Assembly (NCBI RefSeq): GCF_009914755.1
Contig: NC_060927.1
Strand: one strand, 5' to 3'
Length of the DNA: 64,000 bases
Source of the DNA: the human T2T-CHM13v2.0 reference genome, Homo sapiens
Shown here: positions 63,860-64,000 of the stretch, piece by piece
Layout of the letters: each line of letters opens with the position of its first letter
How positions within the stretch are numbered: the stretch's first letter is position 1
The notes under the pieces: generated by a model
What the model was told of the DNA's origin: nothing
Database searches by the model: none
What the model saw: only the letters and a program-made list of their open reading frames with translations
Translations under genes and position numbers: made by a program

Positions 63860-64000
63860 TCTTCTATAATACTTTCTATGTGCCAGGCACTATTCTAAAT
63901 GCTTTATGTGCAATAATTATCTAATAATCACAATAGTCATCTAATAATCACAATACTGTATGAGGTATTATTATCGCCTTTTTCCAAAGAGAGAATATTA
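63860..64000 (-). mobile_element. MIR fragment with a 20-bp tandem duplication
   Basis: ctatgtgccaggcactattctaaatgcttta; atctaataatcacaata twice. Confidence 0.7.

Overview
This is hominid (very likely human) non-coding DNA, judged from an HERV-K LTR5_Hs, an SVA and an L1PA3. I recognise no intact protein-coding exon; all long ORFs in the track are L1 ORF2, SVA, Alu or low-complexity translations. Most of the window is retroelement-derived: about 24 Alus, one full-length SVA, several L1s (two 5'-inverted), MaLR/ERV1/ERVL LTRs, two ERVL gag remnants, L2/MIR and DNA-transposon MITEs. It also holds a processed DNAJB1 pseudogene fragment, a 28-nt U6 snRNA retrocopy and a few putative regulatory islands (CTCF site at ~18.3 kb; unique block at 53-54 kb). 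The most unusual structure is a ~2.95-kb minus-strand block (48008-50953). It begins at the 5' end of an AluY, carries ~2.6 kb of older repeat mosaic, ends in AATAAA plus an A tail, and is flanked by a perfect 18-bp duplication at a TT/AAAA L1-endonuclease site. It is a candidate Alu-headed 3' transduction or retroposed non-genic RNA. Subfamily calls were made by eye from remembered consensus sequences and need RepeatMasker/Dfam confirmation.
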